Made by a program: the position numbers and the translations under genes. The notes beneath the pieces were generated by a model that saw only the letters and a list, made by a program, of their open reading frames with translations, was not told the origin of the DNA and ran no database searches. Positions 50,701-64,000 of a DNA stretch of 64,000 nt are shown piece by piece. Source of the stretch: Euglena gracilis (taxonomy: Eukaryota); NCBI GenBank assembly GCA_039621445.1, contig CP154954.1:45487847-45551846 (forward strand), written 5' to 3'. Position 1 is the first letter of the stretch. Each line of letters begins with the position of its first letter.

Positions 50701-52693
50701 TGGAAGGCGAGGAATGGCTTGAAGGCCAAATTATTGAAGGGCACTTTGGGGGGGGGGGACTGGGCACCAAAGGCGCCCGGTCCCTCCCCCAAGGGCCCAA
50801 TGCTTGGCGTTGAAGCGATCTTCGGCTTAGTGCTTAAAGGTGTGGCATGTACCTAATTGGAATTCCCTCATTTTCCATTCTCCCACTTGTCTCTCAGCCA
50901 TTTGCGCCTGGCAAACCTCGCTGGGTGCCAGATGCCACCACGGTAACGGAGTTGTGGATGCCCTCCAAAAGGTGAAATCTCCTTGGTTTTATTTCATCTA
51001 TTCCGCTCCTTCTGTCTCCGTTTCCCTGTGGATGTCCATTACTCTCACTTTTCCCAACATCGACCCCTTTACATTGAATAGTGAACACGGTTTTTTTGGC
51101 GGATAACATGATCAGCTGTACATTGTGGACTGACCCGGTTTCAAGTGAAAGAAACGAACCTTTCAAACTCCGACAACAAGGGGGAGATATGCAACAAGGT
51201 TCCTCAAAATATGCAATAAAAAATGTAAAAAAAAATGTTAAAAAAATGCAAAAAAATGCCAGTTGTGCATAAATTCCTTTGGGAGCTCTCTGGGGGTGTA
51301 CACTTTTCCACTGTGAAATGCAACATTAAAAGAGAATGTAATGCAAGCTTGTAAAATGATATGGTTGATTCATCTGGTTGCATCCAGTCATATTTCATAA
51401 TGCAACTACTGCAAAAAAAATGCAAAAAAAATGCGACTTTTCACAGAATTCTCATTACGACGCTCTTGATGACCCGCGACAAGGGGTTCCAGTGGGGGGT
51501 CGTTAGATGCTTTCATTCTGATCAAATGATATTGGTTGACAAAAATGAGAAATTGAAAACAGAAAATCTCTAGCGCTTGATGTTAGGTCCCTGGCACCTT
51601 CCTTTGATTGGCCACCATTTTTGGCATATTTTGAATCTTTGAATTTACCCAAAAAATGCAGGCAAAAACAATATAAACTGGGACGTATCAACTTCCAGGT
51701 GCGCAGCTGGCCCTGGGGGCCTGTACAGGGTGATAGAGGGTCCCTTGGGCTTCATTCAGGTTCCAATGCTTTGATTGGCCACCATTGTGGAGATATTTTG
51801 AATTGTCAATTTTTTGGCATAACAACGTCTGTGTAAACCCTCCTATGTGGAATTGTTATTGTCTCATTTTTTTCTGACGACGTTCGCGGATGTGCGGACC
51901 TGTGTGGATGGGTGGGTGGTGTGGCCGTCATTCCAGGAAGGGTTGTACGCATGGCCCCCATCTACCCCCAACCCAACCGCCAGGCCGGTCCCTCTTTAAT
52001 AATCGTGACAGGTGAGCTTCTTTCAAAAACACTGTTTCAAACGTTTTGAAGAGTTTGGAAATTGTGATGTTCTCATTGAAGCTACAAGAATAATTGATTT
52101 CTTTTAAAAAAAAAGAAAAAATAAAAAAGGATCACTCTTCTTCGAAGAGGTAGAAATTGGCAGTGTTGGCTTTTGAAAATTCAAGCTTAATAATCAGCAG
52201 GATTTTGTTTTTTTCTTGCACTGAGGATTCGCAGTACACCCCCCAATCAGCTAAAAAAGACAAACTGTGCCCACAGGCAAAGATGAAAAATCATTTTTGG
52301 TCACAAGCTGCAATTGACAGGGAACAAATGATAACAATGATTTTGGGTACCAATTTTATGTCGAAAACAAAATGCAATAATATTTATAATATTTATTTAG
52401 AGTATTCATAATTCTAATGTCGACGTGCACAACTTCGGCTTTTCTGGCAGCAGGTAATATTTTGATTTCATTTTGATTTTATTTTTTCCACTGGCTCGAA
52501 TTCTTTCCTTCTCAAATGCAACACTTCGGTGAAGAAATCCGGAAGTCAAAAACATCTGGGAGAATCGCCGACCGACAAACAAACAGAAATAAACAAGATA
52601 TATGTATATATTTTCATATATAAAATATAATATATAATTATAATATACACAACACATTCTAAACATATAACATATATAATTATATATAATGGG

Positions 52694-52941
52694 TATATGG
52701 CAGCTGCCGACTACATGCCCCCCCCCTGGGGGGGCAAGCAATAGGCACAGGGGTGGGTCATGTGTTATTGATGGAATCGGGTTAGGGTTAGGAGATCGGC
52801 ATAACTTTCGGCCTAACTTGACCTAACACCGATCTACAAGTTAGACCCTATATTCCATCAATGACCCAAAAAACCCGACCCTCCCTGGGAATGCTCATTG
52901 CCCCTCAGGGGGGGCAGTGAGCATCCAGCTGCCATGTATAT
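52694..52941. mobile_element. Foldback MITE inserted in a TA-rich tract
   Basis: TATATGGCAGCTG ... CAGCTGCCATGTATA, with inner ATTGATGGAAT/ATTCCATCAAT and AGATCGG/CCGATCT inverted pairs. Confidence 0.7.
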
Positions 52942-54159
52942 GTACATACATATATATGTATAGCAGTATATATGTATATGGATATTCTATATAATATATA
53001 TTCACATGAAATTGAATCCTTAAAATTCAGGGTGAATTCCTGAAACGCCTTTTTAAAGCAGATGGGAAAGGTTGTGAACAAAAAGATTTTTATGGAAAAA
53101 GTTTTTGAAGGTAATTTACATGTGTTGATAATTGATAATTGTGCTCCAGAATTAGAAAACCATCAAAATCCTAAATTGGAAAAGATGGATCGCTTTTCCA
53201 TTCCCCGAGCTGTGAAAAGCTATTCAAGTGGCAACCCTGTCCTCAGTCCCAGGTGGATAGGTTGAACGTTGGCCGGATGTCGATCCCGACTTATCAATGA
53301 TGTGTTTTTTGAACCATGGGAGAGGGTGGGTTTTTGTGAGCTTGAACCCCCCCCCCCCCCGGATGTGGCACACCCAAATGGTGGGGTGCACTGATTCTGA
53401 AAACCCAGAAATCAAACTGGGGTTTTACGTGTTTGGGGAGCGTTATATTTGGGGGGAGGGTTACGAGTAATTCTCTGGAAATTATGGTGATTTTTCAAAT
53501 TTTTAATTTCCTGTATTTTATTCAGATTGTAAATGGCAGAGTCAAAAGTAGGGGGGGGGAATCTCACCAATTCAGAGCCTTATCAGCTGGACACCCCCAC
53601 ACCGTAAATGCCTAACTTATCTTTTTGTCCATTTTGGTCAAAAACGACCATTTTGGGGATTGTTGCCGGGGGGAAATATGTAACTTTCATAAATTGCATC
53701 TTTCCATGATCAAAAACCTTGAAAATTTGCACTTTTTTGCATAATTTGTATTTTTTGCATTCCTGCAAAAGGTCTACAGGGCACCAGGATGTCCACGCCT
53801 CCCACCACATACTTTTCAACGGTCTTTTCCTTCTTCTTTGCCAACTTCTCCATACCCTATGTCGTTGGTGCTATTCAGGGAAAAAAAACAAAAAATTGGG
53901 AGGATATATCAATTTTTCACCAGAAACCGTCCATTTTGGACAAAAATTGCAGATTTTGGGGGGAATAAGAGGTAAACAACGAAAATTTGGCATAAAAAAT
54001 CTGCACAAAAAAATTGGCATTTGACTGCAGTTGGAGGCCACCGGAGTTTGCATAAGCCACCCAGAAAATTTTGCTTTCCCCTAAAATATAAAAGCCCCCC
54101 CCAAACAAAGCCTCCCGCTGGGTGCCTTGAGATCCTGCCCAAATATAAAGCCGGGGGTT

Positions 54160-54800
54160 TCATATTTGAGGATTAGTTTTTTTTTGTAGAAAATCGTTTC
54201 TCCAGAAAACAAGCTCATTTATGTCTTTTGGAAGAAGAACACCGTTCTCTTTGCGAGAAATTGTCAAGGCATTCAGAATAGAGGGTGCCACCTGTGATGC
54301 GTTTTTTTGAGGAGGAGGAGGGAAATCCATACTTTCTAAGGAATACCGGGGGGGAAAAAATCTGACCGGGAACAATTGCCGACGGGAAAAATTCTGCCGG
54401 GAAAAATATTGGACGAATCCTTAAAATGCCGGGAAAAATCCTGAACGCTCGCTTAAACCAGGTGGGAAAAAATATTACACAGCTGAAAAAAAAAGCGCAA
54501 AGGTTTTGCGCTGACCAGCAATTAAATGAGAAAGCATGACTGCACCTGGTGAAACCAAACAGAAACCACAGTATCGGCTAGTTTTCATCTCCCTCTCCAT
54601 TGGTGTACCTTCCACACGAGCACCATCAAAATACTTCCTTAAAACAGCAGTTTCCGACTGCGTCATCAAACCAGGGCGGCCCACTTTGCCGATACTGTCA
54701 CCCTTTGCCAACTGGTTACCCTAAAAATGGATGGTTGACTTTGGTGGGTGCTTCCTGCCATACTTCAGCTGCACCGCAAGAAAAAGAAATATTCCTGCTG
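54160..54800 (-). pseudogene. Pogo-like transposase N-terminal remnant
   Basis: PKSTIHF*..KVGRPGLMTQSETAVLRKYFDGARVEGTP resembles HTH/GRP/CENP-B-type HTH; further down, LTISRKENGVLLPKDINELVFWRNDF. Confidence 0.45.
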
Positions 54801-57800
54801 CAAATCGGCGCGCAGCGCCGAAGATTTTTGGGGGGGTCATTCACTGGAGGAAATTGGACTTTCCTTAAATCTGCCGGGAAAAATCCTGGACGGATCCTTA
54901 AAAAGGCGGGAAAAATCCTGGACAAAATTTCGTCCAGAATTTTTCCCACAACATTTTTTCCCATACAAATTCCCCCCCCCGGTAACCCTCTCAAACTCAC
55001 AACCCCTCATCCAATGACCCCATCACCTGCTGTTGCTTGCAAGGTTCAAAAATTTGAGAAAAATAAAATTTTTAAACCCACTCCACAGGCTCCCCTGGGC
55101 TTGCCCACAATTCTTGACATATGAAAAGCAATAGACAAAATAGGCAGAAACGTGCATGGAAGAAGTGGAAATTCAGTGGAAATCTGGTGGAAAAGAGTGA
55201 ACAAAAAATGGATGAAAAAAAACTCAAAAGGTGCAAATGGGAAAGAAATCGATGGAAAATAACGGGAACACGATGAAAGATAAAAATAAAAATATAAACA
55301 TTTCAGGGGAATAGCAGAAAATACCACCTCCCTCCAAAACTCACCCCCCCCCAGATGACCACGGGATCATCTGGGGGTGGATTGTTTGGCATGGACGTGT
55401 CTTCAAGAAAGGCAACAAATTTCCATTTGAGCAAAAAAAAAGGTGGAAACAAGGTGCAGATGTGAAATGCAAAATAGGTGGAAAATACCATGCCCCCCCC
55501 CTACTATCCCCCCCCATTATGGGAGGTGGCATAGCACTTTTTATGTACAAAATCTTCTTACGCAAGAAGCTTGGGGAAAATTGTTGATTGTGCTAGCGAG
55601 GCATGCGAAGCCTCGCTCCTCACCCCACCTAACCCCAGCAACCACTGACTTAATCTCCTTAATGCTAAAAGAATGTGTTGTTTTGTCCCGAATCCCGGAC
55701 TGAATTGAGTTGATACAAGAGGGTTGCATTCATGCATTGTGCTTTTGTACCTGCTACCTGCTTGCGGGGTCCTCAAGGCATGATGGGAACAGCGAGGGAG
55801 GGAGGACAAGCTCCCCCCCCCTGCTGCCCAGAACGGCAGGGGGGGGGGTAAATGTGGAACTAGGAATAAAAACGACAACGTTGGGGAGAATTGTGAAAAA
55901 AAAATGGAAATAGGGTTGAAATAATAATGATAAATATGATAAAAACTTTAATATGGTGAAAAAATGCAAATAGGTTTCAAAAAAAATGGATCAAAACCGG
56001 GGGAATTTGCGGAAAAAAAGATTTCAGTGAACTGGGAGAATGGGCGAAGAAAAGTGGAAATAAATGCAGAATTAATTGTAAAATAGTGAAAAGGTTGAAT
56101 GGAAATTACATAAAATAATTGAGTTCATTGGAAAAAAATATGCAAAATTATTTTTAAAAAAGTTCAAAAAACGCGAAATACAGGTGCAAAATCTTGTCTC
56201 CCAACCCACTACAGCGTGGGGGGGGGGACAAGGTTTTGGACGGTGACATAAAAATCTGCAAAAAATGCAAAACTCAATGCACCCTACAGGCATGAAACCA
56301 TTGTCCCTGATGCAGTTTAATGTTAGTCGATTTTCCAAACAGCGCCTATTTGTGTCAGCTCATTAAAGACAACCTTGGGTATATTTTGCCCCGAACTCAA
56401 ATATTTTCCCCACCCGTCCCCGGAATTTTCGCCGCCCCGGCCAAATATTTCTGCCCCCCGTGCAACCATTTCCCCCCCTGTTGCACTTTTTTTTTGACCC
56501 AAAGTCTCGTCATTTTCGCATTGACGCCTGTGCAAGGCAAGGAGGACCCAGATGGTAAACTGGGGGGGTAGTGGGTGGTCGGCCGATTACCCAATTGGTC
56601 GGCCGACTAGGCCTGGTCGGTAGCTAGTCGGCGAGACGGGATGCGGGGGGGGGGGTGTAGTGGGTAGTCGGCCGACTACCCACTCTAATGTGCCAACGGG
56701 TCAAGTTCGCCGACTTTTAAGCCCCCCCCCTCAAGAAAAATATTGTCAAAATCATCCCAAAACCAGTGGAAACCCACCCAAATGGCTCTAGTGCCCCCCA
56801 ATCGGGGTGAAAAATCTCCGTTTTAGCCATTTTTTATAGTAAAGTTTCATGTGGCAAGTTCAAAATAACCCCCAAACAAAATTGCCATAAAGGGATTTTG
56901 TTGGGCGGGAGCCCCCCCCCCCCCGCGAGGAGGCCGTAGGCCGACTAAATTTGCACTCGATCAATTGGAGGTTGGGGGGGTGCGGGGGGGGGATGGTAGC
57001 CTTAAACCAGACAGAAGCCAAAGTGCATCTAAGGGGGGATGGTAGCCCCCCCCCCCCGCCCATGTCAAATTGGCCAACCAAAAAAGGACTTTGCCCCCCG
57101 AGTATTTCCAACATAAAGGGATTTTGTTATTTGAGGGGGGTGTGGGAAGGGGGGGCGGTAGCCCCCACCCCCCTTCGCGTGAGGAGGTCTAAACCTGTAG
57201 GCAGGGGGGGGGGGTTGTGTGGTAGGACCCGGGTCCCGGTTTTCGGATTTTCCGGTCCTTTCCACCCAGGAAACACAGGTGTTTGGAAGAGTGGAAGTGA
57301 GCCCCCCCCAGAAAAAATTGTATGGGTGTGTCCCCCACATGTGCCGATGCGTATGATTGTGCCGTGCAATGTGAATGTGTCGTTCCGGGCTGGATTTTCC
57401 AGTCATGGACAGGGTTTGTTTCTTCATCAGAAATTTTTGCCAAATGCACATGGGCTGTCTAAGGTGTTTAAAGGTACGAAATTGCGCAAATTTCTGTGGA
57501 TTTGGGGAGAATGGGGTGTTATTTAGAGGAATGGGGTCGGGCCATCTTCAAACACTTGCCATACATTGCAGCCCCAATGGCCGACGGGCCACAGGGAGCC
57601 CTTTCTTTTTGCTGAGAACAGCTGGATATCGGTCAAATTTGGCATTTTTTTCAGGCAAAACACGTTTTCAAAACTTTTACGAAACGGGGACCCCAACTTC
57701 CGGCCTAATTTTTCCCTTGGGGGGAATGGAAATGGGGCCAGTTTTCGGTGCGCTCGTCCGAACCCTGTGTGGGAACGTCGTCTGCATTTCCATTGGCAGG

Positions 57801-58132
57801 CCGGATATGTCCCACGGGGTGGTTGTTGCAGGCGCTTTTGGCCCCGGCAGGAACGTGGAGGGTCGAAATCGGTCCAGAATGTGGCCTAACTTCTCCCTAA
57901 ATTCCTAAAAAATTGCAACCTCCAGAAATTCGGTAAGAACCTTAACCCTATCCCGAACAATAACCCCAACTTCCCCAAAAGTGGGACCTGGGCCACCATA
58001 CAACCCCCCCCCTGCCTACAACTATAGGCCCCCCCCCCGGGGGCCAATACCCTCACCCCCCCTATTTGGCTTATGGCCGGGCCCCTTCAGACCCCCAATT
58101 AGCCAATTGGGGGGGGGGGACAATTAAGGGGG

Positions 58133-61100
58133 GTCGCTGAGCTCTTATCTCTTTAGAGTAAGAGCGAAGCTTACCACCGGGGCCGGAGGGGGGGTCGGAC
58201 CCCCCGCCCCCCCCCCGCCCCCCCGCCCCCCCGCCCCCCCCTGGGTAGGTAGTGAAACCCCGGGATTATCGATGTGACTGGATTTCGTGACCCCAAAGTG
58301 AATAGCCTATAGGTTAGGAGAGGTTTCCTAGTACCTCCGGAGCCCTTCGGTTACCCGCAACTCTCCGCCAGTCCGGAGATATGGCCCGAGCAAAAAAGTT
58401 GTGTACCGTTTTTTTTTCCGGGGAAATTGCAGGGTCATTTTGGGGGCAAAAAATCGATAATTTCAAAATATCTCGAAAACGCCGGGGAGTTGCGAAAAAT
58501 TAAAGAGGACGTCATTCCACAACTTTGGGACGCCCGATCGATCGGTATGCGCGGTTTGGGCCAACTCCCCGCCTAGCCCGAGATACGGCCGTTTTGGGGT
58601 TTTGGGCCAGTTTTGGCCATTTCGGGCCTGTTTGGGCCCGAAACCGTAAATTGGCCGTATCTCGGGCTAGACGGGGAGTTGGGGCCCAAACCAGGGGGTC
58701 AATCATTAGGTTTAGGGGGGGGGGGTTGGTTTTTTGGGGTTCCCGGGGGGTTTTGTTTGGGACATTTTTGGGTATTCGGGGACTCGCGTTCGAGGGCTGG
58801 GGTCCGTTTATTTCGAAAACGCTGCGGAGTTGAGGAAAAGTGATGGCGCGACGCCCTATCTGGACGGAAGCGGCCGGCCCGGGGGTTTTGGCCAGTTTGC
58901 CCAGGGGCCCGTTGCCGGGCCGTAAGGGGCTTGGCCGTATCTCGACGGGGGTTGGGACCCAAACTGGGGGTTAAACATTATTTTGGGGGGGTTTTGACCG
59001 TTTTTTTGGGGTTCCCGGGGTCTGGTTGCGCGATTTTGGGCCAGTTTTGGGTATTCGGGGATCCCTGCGGGGGTTCGAGGGCGCTGGGGTCCAAAAATCG
59101 AAATTCAAATATCTCGAAAACGCTGCGGAGTTTGGAAAAGTGATGGCGATTTTGACCCTTGGAACGCCCTATCGATCGGTATGCGCGGTTCAACAACTCC
59201 TTGCCTAGCCCGAGATACGGCCGTTTTGGGGTTTTGGGCCCGTTTTGCCAGTTCTGGCCCGTTCAGGGCCCGAAACCGTAAATTGGCCGTATCTCGGGCT
59301 GGACGGGGAGTTGGGACCCAAACTGGGGGTCAAACATTAATTTAGGGGGGGGTTTTGACCGTTTTTTGGGGTTCCCGGGGTCTGGTTGCGCGATTTTGGG
59401 CCAGTTTTGGGTATTCGGGGACCCCTGGCACCGTGAGGGCTGGGCGAGGGGGGTCGGGTGGCAGGTCGGGAAAAATTTGAAAAAATTTTTTCGCTCAAAA
59501 ACACTTTTTTTCACTTCAGAACATCAAAAAACGTGTTTTTGAGCGAAAAAAAAATTTTCGACCCTGACCCCCCCCCCATACCCCCCCAAGGATCCCCCCC
59601 CCCCCCTGGCCGGTGGACTTAGCCATTTTTGGGTCAAAAAGTCAAAAAATTCAAAAAAAAATTTTTTGCCCAAAACCATGTTTTTTGGCCTCCCGGACCG
59701 AAAAACATGTTTTTGAGCCGAAAATGAGCGTTTTTCGCCGGCCGGCCGGAATGGTCCCCCAAAGAGCTCAGCTCTACGTCACACACCCTGGTCGCTGAGC
59801 TCTTATCTCTTTAGAGTAAGAGCGAAGCTTACCACCCCCCCCCCCCCGTCCCCCCCGCCCCCCCCCCCCCCCCCCCCCCTCGCCCCCGCCCCCCCCCCCT
59901 GAGTAGGCTCGGGCCCCCGAGGATTATCGATGTGATTGGATTTCCGGGCCCCCAAAGTGAATAGCCTGTAGGTTAGGAGACGGTCCCTAGTTTGTCTAGA
60001 GCCATTAGGTTGCCCCGCAACTCCTCCGCGCCAGCCGGAGATCTGGCCGAGCAAAAAGTTGTCTACCGTTTTTTTTCCAAAGAAATTTTGTTGGACCGGC
60101 AAAGGAGACCGCAAATCAAAAGGGTCATTTTTGGGGTCAAAAAATCGAAAAATTCAAAATATCTCGAAAACGCTGGGGAGTTGAGAAAAACTAAAGAGTA
60201 CCTCATTCCACAACTTTGGGACGCCCTATCCACCGGTATGCGCAGTTTGGGCCAACTCCCCGCCTGGCCCGAGATATGGCCGTTTTTCGGTCCAAATGGC
60301 CGTTTTGTACACTTTTCCCACTGTCCGACTTAGCCGTTTTCGGGCCAAAAAGTCGAAAAAAATCGAAAAAATTTTTTTCGCCCAAAACCATGTTTTTTGG
60401 CCTCCCGGACCCGGAAAAAGTGTTTTTGGGCCGAAAATGAGCGTTTTTCGACCCGCCAGCGCCCCGTTTTGGTTCGCCAACCCATTGACTTTGGGTCAAA
60501 ACCGGGTCAAAAAAGTCGAAAAAAATCGAAAAAAAAACCATGTTTTTTGGCCTCCCGGACCCGGAAAAAGCGTTTTTGAGCTGAAAATGAGCGTTTTTCG
60601 ACCCGCCAGGGCCCCGTTTGGGCCGCCAACCCATTGACTTTGGGTCATAACCGGGTCAAAAAGGTCGAAAAATATCGAAAAAAATTTTTTTTGCCAAAAC
60701 GATTTTTTTTTGCCTCCCTGTACCCGGAAAACATGTTTTTGAGCTGAAAATGAGCGTTTTTCGCCGGCCGGGCCGGAATGGTCCCCCAAAGAGCTCAGCT
60801 CTACGTCACACCCTGGTCGCTGAGCTCTTATCTCTTTAGAGTAAGAGCGAAGCTTACCACCGGGGCCGGACCCCCCCCCACCCCCCCCCCCCCCCCCCCA
60901 CCCCCCCACCCCCCCCCCCCCCCCCCCCCCCCCCCCGGCCCCCCATGGGTTGGTCGGGGGGGGCACACGGGATTATCGATGTGACTGAATTTCGTGGCCC
61001 CCAAAGTAATAGCCTATAGGTTAGGGGACGGTCCCTAGTACCTCCAGAGCCCTTCGGTTACCCGCAACTCCCCGCCAGTCCGGAGATCTGGCCCGAGCAA

Positions 61101-64000
61101 AAAAGTTGTCTACCGTTTTTTTTTCCGGGGAAATTGCAGGGTCATTTTGGGGTCAAAAAATCGAAAATTTCAAAATATCTCGAAAACGCCGCGGAGTTGC
61201 GAAAAAGTAAAGAGGACGTCATTCCTCAACTTTGGGACGCCCGATCGATCGGTATGCGCGGTTTGGGCCAACTCCCCGCCTAGCCGGAGATACGGCCGTT
61301 TTGGGGTTTTGGGCCAGTTTTTCCAATTTTTGCCCTTTCGGGCCCGTTCGGCCCGAAACCGTAAAACGCCCGTATCTCGGGCTAGACGGGGAGTTGGCCC
61401 AAACCAGGGGGTCAATCATTAGGTTTAGGGGGGGTTTTGACCGTTTTTTGGGGTTCCCGGGGTCTGGTTGTGCCATTTTGGGCCATTTTTGGGTATTCGG
61501 GGACCCCTGCGGGGGTTCGAGGGCCGCCGGGCTGGGGTCCAAAAATCGAAAATTTCAAAATATCTCGAAAACGCTGCGGAGTTGAGGAAAAGTGATGGCG
61601 ACCTTATTTGATGACCTTGGAACGCCCTATCGATCAGTATCCGCGGTTTAGGACAACTCCTTGCCTAGCCCGAGATACGGCCGTTTTGGGGGTTTTGGGC
61701 CCGTTTTGCCAGTTTTGGCCCGTTCGGGGCCCGAAACCGTAAATTGGCCGTATCTTGGGCTAGACGGGGAGTTGGGACCCAAACTGGGGGTCAAACATTA
61801 CGTTTAGGGGGGGTTTTGACCGTTTTTTGGGGCTCCCGGGGTCTGGTTGTGCGATTTTGGCCAGTTTTGGGTGTTCGGGGACCCCATCGCGCGCCGTCAG
61901 GGCGGCTGGGTGAGGAGGGGTCGGTCGGGTGGCAGGTCGGGACCCAAAATTTTGAAAAAAATTTTTCGCTCAAAAACACTTTTTTTCACTTCAGAACATC
62001 AAAAAAAAGTGTTTTTGAGCGAAAAAAATTTTTCCGACCCGGACCCCTCCATGCCCCCTCCCCCCCCCCCCCCTGGCCGGTGGACTTAGCCATTTTTGGG
62101 TCAAAAAGTCCAAAAAAAATTTTTTCGCCCAAAACCATGTTTTTTGACCTCCCGGACCCGAAAAAAGTGTTTTCGAGCCAAAAATGAGCGCTTTTTGACC
62201 CGCCAGCGCCCCGTTTTGGGCCGCCAACCCATTCACTTTAGGTGAAAACCGGGTCAAAAAAGTCGAAAAAAATCGAAAAAAATTTTTTTGCCCGGAACAA
62301 TGTTTTTTGGCCTCCAGGACCCGTAAAACCTGTTTTTGAGTCGAAAATGAGCGTTTTTTCGACCTGCCAGCGCCCCGTTTTGGGCCGCCAACCCATTGAT
62401 TTTTGCTCAAAACTGGATCAAAAAAGTCGAAAAAATTTGAAATTTTTTTTGCCCAAAACGATGTTTTTTGCCTTCCCAGACCCAGAAAAAGTGATTTTGA
62501 GCCGAAAATGAGTGTTTTTCCGGGGCCGGGGTGGTCTCCCAAAGAGCTCAGCTCTACGTCACACCCTGGTCGCTGAGCTCTTATCTCTTTAGAGTAAGAG
62601 CGAAGCTTACCACCGGGGCCGGAGGGGGGTCGGCCCCCCCCCCCCCCCCCCCCCCCCCCCCTGCCCCCCCCCTGAGTAGGTCCGGAAACCCCGGGATTAT
62701 CGATGTGACTGGATTTCGTGGCCCCCAAAGTGAATGGCCTATAGGTTAGGGGACGGTCCCTAGTACCTCCAGAGCCCTTCGGTTACCCGCAACTCCCCGC
62801 CAGTCCGGAGATATGGCCCGAGCAAAAAAGTTGTCTACCGTTTTTTTTTTCCGGGGAAATTTCAGGGTCATTTTGGGGTCAAAAAATCGATAATTTCAAA
62901 ATATCTCGAAAACGCCGGGGAGTTGCGAAAAAGTAAAGAGGACGTCATTCCTCAACTTTGGGACGCCCGATCGATCGCTATGCGCGGTTTGGGCCGACTC
63001 ACCTCCCCGCCTAGCCCGAGATACGGCCGTTTTGGGGTTTTGGGCCAGTTTGGCCAGTTTTGGCCATTTCGGGCCCGTTCGGGGCCCGAAACCGTAATTT
63101 GCCCGTATCTCGGGCTAGACGGGGAGTTGGAGCCCAAACCAGGGGGTCAATCATTAGGTTTAGGGGGGGGGTTTGACCGTTTTTTGGGGTTCCCGGGGTC
63201 TGGTTGTGCCATTTTGGGCCATTTTTGGGTATTCGGGGACCCCTGCGGGGGTTCGAGGGCCGCCGGGCTGGGGTCCAAAAATCGAAAATTTCAAAATATC
63301 TCGAAAACGCTGCGGAGTTGAGGAAAAGTGATGGCGACCTTATTTGACGACCTTGGAACGCCCTATCGATCGGTATGCGCGGTTTAGGACAACTCCTTGC
63401 CTAGCCCGAGATACGGCCGTTTTGGGGGTTTTGGGCCCGTTTTGCCAGTTCTGGCCCGTTCAGGGCCCGAAACCGTAAATTGGCCGTATCTCGGGCTAGA
63501 CGGGGAGTTGGGACCCAAACTGGGGGGCAAACATTACGTTTTTAGGGGGGGGGTGGTGTTGACCGTTTTTTGGGGTTCCCGGGGTCTGGTTGTGCGATTT
63601 TGGCCAGTTTTGGGTGTTCGGGGACCCCATCGCGCGCCGTCAGGGCGGCTGGGTGAGGGGGGGTCGGGTGGCAGGTCGGGACCCAAAATTTTGAAAAATT
63701 TTTTTCGCTCAAAAACACTTTTTTTCACTTCAGAACATCAAAAAAAGTGTTTTTGAGCGAAAAAAATTTTTCCGACCCGGACCCCTCCATGCCCCCCCCC
63801 CCGGATGCCCCCCCCCCCTGGCCGGTGGACTTACCATTTTGGGTCAAAAAGTCAAAAAAATTCAAAAAAATTTTTTCGCCCAAACCATGTTTTTTTGACC
63901 TCCCGACCCGAAAAAAAGTGTTTTCGAGCCAAAAATAGCGATTTTTTCGCCCAAAACCATGTTTTTTGACCTCCCGGACCCGAAAAAAGTGTTTTCGAGC
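58133..64000. repeat. Complex tandem array of 1.0-1.8 kb units with hairpin heads and internal sub-repeats; runs off the window end
   Basis: GCTCTTATCTCTTTAGAGTAAGAGCGAAGCTTACCACC occurs at 58141, 59799, 60824 and 62577. AAATATCTCGAAAACGC and CTAGCCCGAGATACGGCC sub-repeats recur within units. Confidence 0.93.

Noticed and set aside
50899-50970. AG..GT-bounded segment reading KPRWVPDATTVTE (FYVE-like start)
   Set aside because: No following cysteines or partner exons found; too short to support.
58135-58175. Hammerhead ribozyme (Penelope-like) in the repeat head
   Set aside because: A stem flanked by TGA and GAA is present, but the core reads TCGCTGA...GAAG rather than CTGANGA...GAAA in all copies.

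Overview
Eukaryotic, repeat-dense genomic DNA, most likely from a euglenid. This is inferred from non-GT-AG introns whose ends base-pair in the +4/-6 register known for euglenid nonconventional introns. Main contents: (1) an apparently intact TA-flanked Tc1/IS630-type DNA transposon (281-4601). Its DD34E transposase (358 aa) can only be assembled by removing 10 introns, 9 of them non-canonical stem-forming introns, and a second small intron-split ORF lies inside the same element. (2) A ~5 kb composite of nested transposon pieces (PHD finger, pogo-like and TTAA-bounded parts) present twice in direct orientation (~4853-9906 and ~26357-31481). (3) Between the two copies: two tRNA-like pseudogenes, a hAT/BED remnant and the 5' half of a dynamin-related GTPase gene (11897-22183, six exons). 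(4) A minus-strand SET/Rubisco-LSMT-type methyltransferase gene spread over at least 31617-45119, with transposon-filled introns. (5) Many MITEs, micro/minisatellites, and a complex tandem array from ~58.1 kb to the window end. All splice models were derived by eye and need RNA-seq confirmation.
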